Origin: Candidatus Latescibacterota bacterium
GTDB taxonomy: Bacteria > Latescibacterota > UBA2968 > GCA-2709665
Direction of reading: 5' to 3'
DNA: 64,000 nt
Assembly (NCBI GenBank): GCA_965208835.1
Contig: OZ242358.1
Coordinates: 640,001-704,000 of the forward strand
Shown: positions 1-8,514 of the stretch, one piece after another
How positions within the stretch are numbered: the first letter of the stretch is position 1
Layout: each line of letters starts with the position of its first letter
Notes under the pieces: generated by a model
Told to the model about the DNA's origin: nothing
What the model saw: only the letters and a program-made list of their open reading frames with translations
Databases searched by the model: none
Program-made: the position numbers and the translations under genes

Positions 1-2
1 AC

Positions 3-461
3 CTCGCAGAGGCGCATTACAATCTGGGCAATGTATATTCCCGGCAGGGACGGTACGGGGAGGCGGTGACATCGTACAGGGAGGCCATCCGGCTGAAACC
101 GGATAGCGCGCCGCCTGATTCGATCGTGTCGGTTGTCGATGCGAATCAGGGAGCGTACACCCGGTCGGTGGCCGGATACCAGCACGCGATGCGTTACGCG
201 GGCCTGGCCAACGCGTATTTCAATCTCGGCGACCACACGGCGGCGATCGAGTCCTATACGCGCGCCATCGGCCTCGCGCCGGATTTTGCCGACGGACATT
301 ACAATCTGGGCGTTATTCACGAACGGACGGGCGACGTGGAGCGCGCCATCCACCACTGGCGGGCGTATCTGAGGCTTGCCCGGCGGGATTCCGCGCAGCA
401 GGCCTGGGTCGCGGACGCCAGGACCAGGCTCGCCCGGTTGGAAGCGTCTCGAAAAGAGTGA
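3..461 (+). CDS. Tetratricopeptide repeat protein, 5'-partial (continues off the left edge)
   Basis: Frame open from base 3: LAEAHYNLGNVYSRQGRYGEAVTSYREAIRLKPD, later AYFNLGDHTAAIESYTRAIGLAPD and GHYNLGVIHERTGD, all TPR consensus. Stop overlaps the next start (GTGA). Confidence 0.85.
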   Translation, partial: LAEAHYNLGNVYSRQGRYGEAVTSYREAIRLKPDSAPPDSIVSVVDANQGAYTRSVAGYQHAMRYAGLANAYFNLGDHTAAIESYTRAIGLAPDFADGHYNLGVIHERTGDVERAIHHWRAYLRLARRDSAQQAWVADARTRLARLEASRKE

Positions 462-2188
462 AACGCACAAGGACCATATTCGCGGTTCTCGCGTTCTCAA
501 TGTGCATGGAGGGAAACGGCCTCGCGCAAGGGGTGATTTTCAAGGATGTGACCCGTTCCTCCGGGATCGTGTTCAGGCACGACAACGGGGGTTCCGGCAG
601 CGAGTTGATGCCGGAATCGATGGGATCCGGATGCGCGTTCTGGGACTTTGACGGCGATGGGGATTCGGATATTCTCCTGATCAGCTGCGCCACGTTGCGC
701 GAGCGCGGGTCCGAGCCGCCATCCACGATGGCGCTCTACCGGAATGACGGAAGCGGTCGTTTCTCCGACGTGACCGCGCAGGCGGGGCTCAAGCATCCCA
801 TGTTCGGGATGGGCTGCGCGACCGGAGACTACGACAACGACGGGGACAGCGACCTGTACGTGGCCGGCCTGGGCGCGAACCGGCTCTTTCGGAATCGGGG
901 CGACGGACGGTTTGAGGACGTCACGGCGCAGGCGGGGGTGGGTGACTCCACGTGGAGCGTGTGCGCGGTCTGGCTGGACTACGACCGGGATGGGGACCTG
1001 GACCTGTTTGTGGGCAATTACCTGCGATGGTCGGCGGAACGGGATTCCTGGCTGTCAGCGCGTTCGGGGGCGCGTTCGTATGCGCCTCAGTTGTACGATC
1101 CGATTTACTCACGGCTGTACAGGAATGACGGAGTCCGGTTTTCGGACGTTACGAAAGCGTCGGGCATCGGCGGAAAGCCGGGCAAGGGCATGTCCGCCGT
1201 CTCCCTCGATTACAATGGCGACGGATGGCCCGACATCCTGATGTCCAACGATACGATGCCGGATTATCTGTTCCGCAACAACGGGGACGGCACGTTTACC
1301 GAGGATGGCCTTTTGGCGGGCGTGGCGTACAGCGCCGCCGGAGAGGCGAAGTCGGGGATGGGGGTCGGCGCCGGAGACGTCCGCAACGCCGGCAGGGAGG
1401 ACGTGGCCATCGGGAACTTCACCTACGAGATGATTTCCCTGTTTGAGAACCGGGACGGGGCATTCTTCACGGACCGGACCCTGCCTTCCGGCGTGGGGCA
1501 GCCGAGTGCGCCGTTCGTCACCTTCGGAGTTTTCTTTTTCGATTTCGATCTGGACGGGCGCCTGGACCTCTTCGCGGCAAACGGACACGTGGACAACCGG
1601 ATACGCCGGGTCAAATCCCACCTCAGCTACGCTCAGCGCCCGTTATTATACAGGAACAGGGGCGATGGCAGCTTCGAGGAGATGGGTGCGGCAAGCGGAC
1701 TCGTCGATCGCCTGGTCGGGCGCGGGGCGGCGTACGCGGACTATGACGGCGACGGCGACCTGGACGTGCTGGTTTCCGCCAACAACGGTCGTCCCGCGCT
1801 CTATCGCAACGAAGGCGGGAACCGGAACCGCTGTCTGAGGGTGAAACTGATTGGTGGCATCGCGACCGCCGGCGAGGACGTCCGCCAGCCGGACGGTGAG
1901 CCGCGCTGGTCCAACCGGGACGGAATTGGCGCGACCGTGCGCGTGCGGTCAGCGGACGTGGTGCAAACGCGCTTCGTGAGGTCGGGATCGAGCTATTGTT
2001 CGCAGAGTGAGCAAGTATTGACATTCGGTCTGGCAGGGGCCGGGGCGGCCGATTCGGTTGAGGTGGCCTGGCCATCGGGCCGGATTGAACGGATCAGCGA
2101 CGTTGCTGCCGGGCAGACCGTGACCGTTCGGGAGGGACGGGGAATTGTTGCCGGAACGCCGCTGAGAAACAATCCGGCGGCGGATTGA
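458..2188 (+). CDS. CRTAC1-family protein (FG-GAP/VCBS repeats + C-terminal ASPIC/UnbV domain), secreted
   Basis: Signal peptide, repeated D-[FY]-D-x-D-G-D-x-D-[LI] and LYRNxGxGxFxDVT motifs, C-terminal SNRDGIGA...GSSYCSQS...FGL...WPSG. Confidence 0.9.
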   Translation: MKRTRTIFAVLAFSMCMEGNGLAQGVIFKDVTRSSGIVFRHDNGGSGSELMPESMGSGCAFWDFDGDGDSDILLISCATLRERGSEPPSTMALYRNDGSGRFSDVTAQAGLKHPMFGMGCATGDYDNDGDSDLYVAGLGANRLFRNRGDGRFEDVTAQAGVGDSTWSVCAVWLDYDRDGDLDLFVGNYLRWSAERDSWLSARSGARSYAPQLYDPIYSRLYRNDGVRFSDVTKASGIGGKPGKGMSAVSLDYNGDGWPDILMSNDTMPDYLFRNNGDGTFTEDGLLAGVAYSAAGEAKSGMGVGAGDVRNAGREDVAIGNFTYEMISLFENRDGAFFTDRTLPSGVGQPSAPFVTFGVFFFDFDLDGRLDLFAANGHVDNRIRRVKSHLSYAQRPLLYRNRGDGSFEEMGAASGLVDRLVGRGAAYADYDGDGDLDVLVSANNGRPALYRNEGGNRNRCLRVKLIGGIATAGEDVRQPDGEPRWSNRDGIGATVRVRSADVVQTRFVRSGSSYCSQSEQVLTFGLAGAGAADSVEVAWPSGRIERISDVAAGQTVTVREGRGIVAGTPLRNNPAAD

Positions 2189-2204
2189 GACAAGGGGGCA
2201 CACC

Positions 2205-4676
2205 ATGGACACCGGACGTCGATTTCAGCCTGTCCACCTTCAGCGATACTGTATTGTCGTTCTGATGCTGGGACTGAGCGTATCGTCGACAGCGGGGACG
2301 TCTTCGACACGGGATTCCATTCAAGCCGTCGGCGAACGGCAGCTGGACAGCCGCCAACTCGACGCGGCCCTGGACACATTTTCAGGACTTGCCGAAGCGT
2401 TTCCGGACGACGCGCATATACTGACCCGTCTGGGCCGCGTACAGTTGAAGGCTGAAGACTTCAAGGCGGCAAAGAAGTCCTACGAGGCGGCGCTGAAACT
2501 GGATGAAGATTATGCGGCGGCGCACGCCGGCCTGGCACTTGTGTACGCTGAGATGCCGGCAAAGGGGATAAGCGCCTTTCACAACCTCCGCCGGGCGGTT
2601 GGCGCGGCAAAGAAGGCCATCGAACTGGATCCCGAACAGGCCGACGCCTACCGGGCCCTCGGAGAGGCGCACGAACGATTCAAGGAGGACCACGAGAAGG
2701 CGCTTGGATATTTCGACACGTACCTGTCGATGGAGCCTGACGACCCCGACGGCCTCTATTACTTCGGACTGGCATGCATACAGGCGGAATCCTACGACAG
2801 AATCACTCGACATATCGTCCCGTTTGTGGAAGCCCTCGACGAAGACACCCGCTTGCTTGCTATCGCTGCCCAGGGCCTCATCCACGAGGAAAAATACAAT
2901 GAGGCGCTGGACTATTTTCAGCGTTTCCTGGGAACCATCGAACCGCATGAACGCGAGTTTTACGAAGACGTCGCGAACGTGGCTTCTACGGAAGAACTCC
3001 GGGAGATCCAGGCGCTGACGGACTCGACGGCGCGTCAGATCTACCTGGAGCGGTTCTGGCTGCGGCGAGACCCCGATATGATGACCCGCGTCAATGAGCG
3101 CATCATCGAGCATTACCGGCGGGTCTGGTACGCCCGCGCCTTTTTTGCCGATAAGGTATCGCCCTGGGACAAGAGGGGGGAAGTCTATATCCGATACGGC
3201 AAGCCGGACTACCGTTCGCGGTCCTATCAGCGCGATCTATCCGTTACCCCCGACGTCGACGCCGTCCGCATGCGCATGGCGGCGAGTCTCTACGGCGCCG
3301 AAGCTTCCTTTATGACGTTTACCGGACCGGTGTTTCCGATAAGGGCGTTTCGCCATCCCATTACCCAGCGTACCCAGGACGCACTCCACGGATTCGGTTC
3401 GGCCGATCAGCGCGACGCCAGTTTTCTGGAAGACGGTTTTACTTCCAATACCGATGCAGCGGATGAAGAGGAGTTCCAGGAACGCGACCTGGAAGGAACC
3501 CCACTGCCAACGCCGCTTACGCGAAGCGACTACGACGACCAGGACGGCGCCAGGTTCGAAGAATTCGGAAATCAGCTCGCCCGGATGAAATTCGGGGACT
3601 ACATACCCGTAACGATCCACACCGATATGGCCACCGTTCCCTGGGAGACCTGGATCTACACGCAGATCCATGGGGGTATCGAGATCGTGTTTACCGATGA
3701 AAACAAGAGCGGTCAGTTCAATTTCGCCCCAATTCCCCCAGTGACTGGTCTCAATAACCAGCTTGTGAACATTACCCGCCTGGTCAGATACGCCCCCGAG
3801 ATCATCTACCAGAACGCCGCGCACGAGACCCCCGACTACTACCGGCCGGGAATCCAGGGACCGGCGCTCAATTTCTATTATGACCTGGCCAACTTCCAGG
3901 GATCCGACGGCCGGACCAACGTTGAAGTATACTATGGCATTCCACCCGAACAGGTCCGGATTGCCGAGCAGGCGGATTCGGCGCAGGTCAGCGTGCAGTG
4001 CGCCATGGCCCTGGCCGACGCGGCGCACACGACGATCTATCGCGATACCCGGGAGTTCCACTACGAGGGACGGGCGGACTTCGACAGGGTCAGAGGGGCG
4101 TTTCTTCCGGAAATGCTCAAGACCCCGGTGCCGCCGGGCAAATACGAACTCCAGGTCCAGATCAAGGATCTGGCTTCCGGACATACCGGACTCTACAAGC
4201 AGGCGGTCGAAGTGCCCGATTACGGTGTTGAAAAGCTCAAGATCAGCGACATCCTTCTGGCTTCGGAAATCTCCGACGCGAATTCGGCGGGAAAATTCAG
4301 AAAGGGCGAAATCCGGGTGGTGCCGATGCCCACCAGAAATTACAGAGAGGCGCAGAAGGTATATGCCTATTACGAGATATACAACCTGAAGAAGAACCGG
4401 TTCGGACAGACCGACTACGAGGTGGAATACCTGGTCCGTACGGTCGTGGGGCGGTCGGAAGGCGTGGTGGGCGCCATCACTTCCCTTTTCAAGCGCAGGA
4501 AGACACAGGTGTCGGTATCGTACGAACACTCCGGAACGGCGACTACAGAACAACAGTACTTTGAAATCGACCTGGAGAAATCGAAACCGGGCGTACAGGT
4601 TCTGGAGGTGAAGATCAAGGACCGGGTCAGCGGCAAGAGCGACACCCGCGAGATTCAGTTCCGCTACGGAATCTGA
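2205..4676 (+). CDS. TPR + GWxTD-domain protein, probably secreted
   Basis: Hydrophobic N-terminus, several TPRs, then ERFWLRRDPD...NERIIEHYRRVWYA...WDKRGEVYIRYGKPD and WETWIY...FTDE (GWxTD family), followed by beta-sandwich domains. Confidence 0.8.
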   Translation: MDTGRRFQPVHLQRYCIVVLMLGLSVSSTAGTSSTRDSIQAVGERQLDSRQLDAALDTFSGLAEAFPDDAHILTRLGRVQLKAEDFKAAKKSYEAALKLDEDYAAAHAGLALVYAEMPAKGISAFHNLRRAVGAAKKAIELDPEQADAYRALGEAHERFKEDHEKALGYFDTYLSMEPDDPDGLYYFGLACIQAESYDRITRHIVPFVEALDEDTRLLAIAAQGLIHEEKYNEALDYFQRFLGTIEPHEREFYEDVANVASTEELREIQALTDSTARQIYLERFWLRRDPDMMTRVNERIIEHYRRVWYARAFFADKVSPWDKRGEVYIRYGKPDYRSRSYQRDLSVTPDVDAVRMRMAASLYGAEASFMTFTGPVFPIRAFRHPITQRTQDALHGFGSADQRDASFLEDGFTSNTDAADEEEFQERDLEGTPLPTPLTRSDYDDQDGARFEEFGNQLARMKFGDYIPVTIHTDMATVPWETWIYTQIHGGIEIVFTDENKSGQFNFAPIPPVTGLNNQLVNITRLVRYAPEIIYQNAAHETPDYYRPGIQGPALNFYYDLANFQGSDGRTNVEVYYGIPPEQVRIAEQADSAQVSVQCAMALADAAHTTIYRDTREFHYEGRADFDRVRGAFLPEMLKTPVPPGKYELQVQIKDLASGHTGLYKQAVEVPDYGVEKLKISDILLASEISDANSAGKFRKGEIRVVPMPTRNYREAQKVYAYYEIYNLKKNRFGQTDYEVEYLVRTVVGRSEGVVGAITSLFKRRKTQVSVSYEHSGTATTEQQYFEIDLEKSKPGVQVLEVKIKDRVSGKSDTREIQFRYGI

Positions 4677-4713
4677 CTTGCACGCCGCTGCCAACGCCCA
4701 TCGCGGCATGGAC

Positions 4714-4747
4714 GCAAGCAGGGCGCAGTACGCTGCGCCCTGCTTGC
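4714..4747. repeat. Perfect 15-bp hairpin (REP-like palindrome or terminator)
   Basis: GCAAGCAGGGCGCAG-TACG-CTGCGCCCTGCTTGC, intergenic, only a weak T tail. Confidence 0.7.
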
Positions 4748-4793
4748 TTCTGTGGACCATTTGGAATCGACTCTGGCGGGAGGCGAACGGGAA

Positions 4794-5774
4794 ATGTCTG
4801 AACTTCGTGCGGGACTGATCGGATGCGGAGCGATCGGCGGCGTGCATAGCGAAGCAGTGGCGGGGCTGGACGGCATACGCATGGCGGCGTTCTGCGACGT
4901 GGTTGAGCAGAAGGCGCGCGACTTGTGTACTCGCTACGGAGGCGATTATGCCACCGACGACGCCGGCCGCGTCCTCGCGGATCACTCGCTGGACACGGTC
5001 TACATCTGCACACACCACGACACCCATGCTGATTACTGTATCCGGGCGGCGGAAGCGGGAAAGAACGTATTGGTGGAAAAGCCGCTCGCGCTCACCGTCG
5101 AAGACTGCCGGAAGATCGGCGACGCGGTCGAGCGTGAGGGGATTCAACTCTTTACGGCCTTCAAGATGCGTTACTATCCGATGGTACAAAAGGCCCGGGA
5201 ACTGATTCCCGAGCCGCTGATGGTGGTGATGCAGATGATGGACAACCGATGGGGGGATACCTGGGCCAACGATCCCGTACTGGGGGGCGGCAACGTCTAT
5301 AGCCAGGGGTGCCATTCGTGCGACCTCCTCAGATATGTGGCCGGCTCGGACCCGAAGGAAGTCTACGCGGCGGGCGGGAACTACTATCAGCCAAACGGCA
5401 GGCTTGACAATCTGACCGCTACGTTCAGGTTTGAAAACGGCACGGCCGGCTGCTGGATTCAGGGAGACGCCAATCAGCCGGCGATGACGAGCAAGCTCTT
5501 CATGGAGATTTTTTCCGAAAACCGGTCCGTACTTCTGACCGACCGGTTCTGCACGCTGACGTATACGGAGACCGGGAAGGAACCGGTGGTCTATCGCGGC
5601 GAAGAGGGAGGATTCGTGGAGGAGAACCGGCTGTTTATCGAGGCATTGAGAACCGGCGCGCCCATGGCCGCGGACCACGTGGACGGGCTGATGGCCACAC
5701 TCATGATGATCCAGGCAGCGCGGAGCATCGAAAGCGGCAGGCCGGAGCCCGTCGCATCGCTCGCAAGGGTTTGA
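4794..5774 (+). CDS. Gfo/Idh/MocA family NAD(P)-dependent oxidoreductase
   Basis: GLIGCGAIG Rossmann motif, ICTHHDTH, VLVEKPLA, GGGNVYSQGCHSCD. ATG 4794 follows GGAGG. Confidence 0.9.
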   Translation: MSELRAGLIGCGAIGGVHSEAVAGLDGIRMAAFCDVVEQKARDLCTRYGGDYATDDAGRVLADHSLDTVYICTHHDTHADYCIRAAEAGKNVLVEKPLALTVEDCRKIGDAVEREGIQLFTAFKMRYYPMVQKARELIPEPLMVVMQMMDNRWGDTWANDPVLGGGNVYSQGCHSCDLLRYVAGSDPKEVYAAGGNYYQPNGRLDNLTATFRFENGTAGCWIQGDANQPAMTSKLFMEIFSENRSVLLTDRFCTLTYTETGKEPVVYRGEEGGFVEENRLFIEALRTGAPMAADHVDGLMATLMMIQAARSIESGRPEPVASLARV

Positions 5775-5831
5775 AGCGTCCGGGAGTTTTCCTGGCAGCA
5801 TCACTGTAATCAATCTTCACGAGGTATAGAC

Positions 5832-8174
5832 ATGAAGGAACACAGACATCCGCATCCGCACAAAGACCCGAGACAGCCCAGGGACGGGGCCGGTCCGCAA
5901 ACCAACCCCCCTGTCTTCGCCTGGCTTCCGGTGGATTCCGCCTCGTGCTATCGCCTGCAGGTGGCGCGTGACCCGGGTTTTGAGAACATCTGCCTGGACA
6001 AGGGCGATCTGCAGGAACCGGTGTACCTGCCTGAACGGGCGTTTGAGCCCGGGGAGTATTTCTGGCGGTGGTCCGCGGATCATGGCGCGACGTCGGAGGA
6101 TTTTTCGTTTGAGATCCGGCCTGAGGCCACAGTTGTGGAAGTGCCCCCGGCTGGCGAATGGCTGAAGGGATTCCCGTCGGAACATCCGCGGATCTACGTC
6201 CGACCGGAGGAGGTGCCGGCGCTTCGGTCCGCCTCCGCCGGCGATGCATCACGGGCGTGGGAGGGCTTGCGAGACAGCGCCGAGGCCGTGTTGGCCCAAC
6301 CGCACGAGATCGAAGAGCCGCCCTTTCTCCCTGACCGCAGCGAAAACTATCAGAAGTATCATGAGACGTGGGCGCCGATCATGTGGGAATCCCGGCGCTT
6401 CGTCAAGGGCGCGGAGACCCTGGCGCTGGCCTACATGGTGGGCGGGGAGGATCGATTCGCACGCGCCGCCTGCCAACGGATGGCGTCCATATCCCGCTGG
6501 GACCCGGAGGGATCGAGTCACCTTGCCCACAACGACGAAGCCCACATGTCGGTAATCTGGAACGGCTCGAACGCGTGCGACTGGGTATGGGACCGTTTTA
6601 CGGACGAAGAACGCGATGCCGTCGTGGCGCAGTTCCGGGAGCGGGGACAGATAACGTTCGACTATATGCACAACAGGGGGTCGTACGGGGTGACGCGGTT
6701 CGACTCGCATGCCGGCCGCGAGATCGTGTTCCTTGCGCACATCGCGCTGGTGTTTCACGATCACATTCCCGAAGCGCAGTCGTGGCTGGAGTGGCTGAGG
6801 CCGGTGCTGTGCGGTATCTGGCCGATCTGGTCGGGTGACGATGGGGCATGGGCGGAAGGACCCTCTTATGGGCTGGCCTACGTTACAATCATGACCATGT
6901 TCGCCTCGGCGCTGAAGCGGGGTATCGGCGTGGATCTGTACCGGAGACCCTTCTGGAAGAACCACGCCCGGTGGCGCCAGTACTGTCTGCCGCCATACGC
7001 GGAGTGGATGGGATTCGGCGACCATACGGAGCGGTGGGCAGGCACCTGGAGGTCCAATGCGGACCTGGTGGATCTGATCGGGCGCGAGACGGATACCGAC
7101 GACTTCGCGGAATACGTGGAAGCCTTCCGCGCCGAGGCAGAGCAGATGCAGACACCGCAGGAGCGGCGAAGCTCGGGCGTGATGTCGCAACTCTTCCTGG
7201 CGCAACCCGAAAGAGCGCGTCCGGAGACCGGCGCGGCGGAGTCGATATTTCGCGTGTTCCCGGCCGCCGGATGGGCCGCGGTACGGACGAACCTGAACGA
7301 TGCCGCACGGGACGTGGCGCTGATCTTTCGCTCTTCTCCGCTCGGCGCCATCAGCCATTCTCACGCGAACAACAACGATTTCATTCTGCACGCAGGCGGC
7401 AAGGTGATGGCGATGCCCAGCGGCTACTACATCGGATACGGTTCGGACCACCACACGCACTGGGTATGGCACACCAAGTCGCACAACTGCGTGACGCTTT
7501 CGGATGCCTCCCAGATCATGCGGTCGCACGACTCCCTCGGGAGAATCGAAAATGCATTCGAGGACGAGCGGATCGTCTATTTCGCAGGCAACGCGGACGC
7601 CAGCTACAGCGACCGCGCGGAACGGTGCCGGCGGCACGTTTTCTTCCTGAAGGCGCAGAGCTGTTTCGTGATGATCGACGAGTTCGTCGCTGTTCCGGGC
7701 ATCGATTCGGCGCTGCAGTGGAATATCCACTCCTGGAACCGTTTTTCGGTGGACGAGGTGAGAAGGACCTTCCTGCTGGAACGTGAAGGGAGTTCCCTCG
7801 AAGGGCATTTCATGTACCACAACAACGCGTTCTTCACCCTGAGCGAGGGATGGGACCCCCCGCCGATGCGGGCCGGCAGGGACGAAACGCAATGGGGCCA
7901 GCAGTACCACCTGCGGTTTACGACCTCCGGCCTGGTAAGCCGGCGCAACCTGGGCGTTGTATTGTGCCCGGGACACGCGTCGCTGGATCGGTCAGGCGTC
8001 CGGACCGAGCGATCGGGCGAAACGGAGGTGGCGCGGATCGGCGACGACCTTGCGATGGTGGGCGGTCGGGACGGTGTGGCGTATGAAAGCCATCGCTCTG
8101 ACGGACTGGCGCTGCTTGTGGTCGAGGGTCTCACGTACGAACTTCGGGATGAGGGCGTGTCCTCACGACGCTGA
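5832..8174 (+). CDS. DUF4962 + heparinase II/III-like protein (PL15-like oligosaccharide lyase), no signal peptide
   Basis: QTNPPVFAW, HPRIY, FDSHAGR, DGAWAEGPSY, SHSHANNNDF, SGYYIGYGSDHH, TKSHN, matching PL15-type exo-lyase motifs. Confidence 0.8.
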   Translation: MKEHRHPHPHKDPRQPRDGAGPQTNPPVFAWLPVDSASCYRLQVARDPGFENICLDKGDLQEPVYLPERAFEPGEYFWRWSADHGATSEDFSFEIRPEATVVEVPPAGEWLKGFPSEHPRIYVRPEEVPALRSASAGDASRAWEGLRDSAEAVLAQPHEIEEPPFLPDRSENYQKYHETWAPIMWESRRFVKGAETLALAYMVGGEDRFARAACQRMASISRWDPEGSSHLAHNDEAHMSVIWNGSNACDWVWDRFTDEERDAVVAQFRERGQITFDYMHNRGSYGVTRFDSHAGREIVFLAHIALVFHDHIPEAQSWLEWLRPVLCGIWPIWSGDDGAWAEGPSYGLAYVTIMTMFASALKRGIGVDLYRRPFWKNHARWRQYCLPPYAEWMGFGDHTERWAGTWRSNADLVDLIGRETDTDDFAEYVEAFRAEAEQMQTPQERRSSGVMSQLFLAQPERARPETGAAESIFRVFPAAGWAAVRTNLNDAARDVALIFRSSPLGAISHSHANNNDFILHAGGKVMAMPSGYYIGYGSDHHTHWVWHTKSHNCVTLSDASQIMRSHDSLGRIENAFEDERIVYFAGNADASYSDRAERCRRHVFFLKAQSCFVMIDEFVAVPGIDSALQWNIHSWNRFSVDEVRRTFLLEREGSSLEGHFMYHNNAFFTLSEGWDPPPMRAGRDETQWGQQYHLRFTTSGLVSRRNLGVVLCPGHASLDRSGVRTERSGETEVARIGDDLAMVGGRDGVAYESHRSDGLALLVVEGLTYELRDEGVSSRR

Positions 8175-8241
8175 ATCCAGGCTGTCCTGGAGCAAGGCTT
8201 GACTCGTATTGTCGTTTGTCCCACTCTCCCCGGCGCCCCAT

Positions 8242-8498
8242 AAGCAGGGAGACGTGAGACGGTAGAGGGCAGAGGATCCCACCTCCACCACCTGGTGAGA
8301 CGTAAGCCGGGAGAGGGTAGAGATCGCATGCCGTGTAAGGATTCTTCTCATGCCGCAGGCGAGTCTGTGGGACATATTGGCAAGGGCTTCTTCTACCGTC
8401 TTACGTCTTGCGTCTACCCGATTCTCTCACCTCTACCCTCTACCCGCATTCAGGCTCTTTTCGTCCAATTTAACTGTTGTTCTTTTTCAAATTGAGGC
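8242..8498. repeat. Heptamer-built inverted-repeat element, copy A (homologous to 60273-60456 and 46652-46787)
   Basis: Left arrays GGAGACG-TGAGACG-GTAGAGG-GCAGAGG and TGAGACG-TAAGCCG-GGAGAGG-GTAGAGA. Right arrays CTTCTAC-CGTCTTA-CGTCTTG-CGTCTAC and CCTCTAC-CCTCTAC-CCGCATT. Spacer and tail align with copy B. Confidence 0.8.
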
Positions 8499-8514
8499 TC
8501 ACGAGGAGATGGCC

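Noticed and set aside
500-1800. Recurrent GACGGCGACGG-like DNA repeats here and in the propeller domains
   Set aside because: Explained by FG-GAP (DxDGDG) protein repeats, not DNA-level elements.
3237-5813. 858-aa minus-strand ORF, and similar long antisense ORFs (6249-7976, 8470-10614, 28824-30455, 31789-33435, 38527-40050, 61710-62966)
   Set aside because: They lie antisense to well-supported genes and have no recognisable motifs. Such shadow frames are expected from high-GC codon bias.
8350-8514. N-terminal extension of the 1300-aa ORF
   Set aside because: It translates the repeat element. The RBS and paralog alignment favour a start at 8515 (or 8509).
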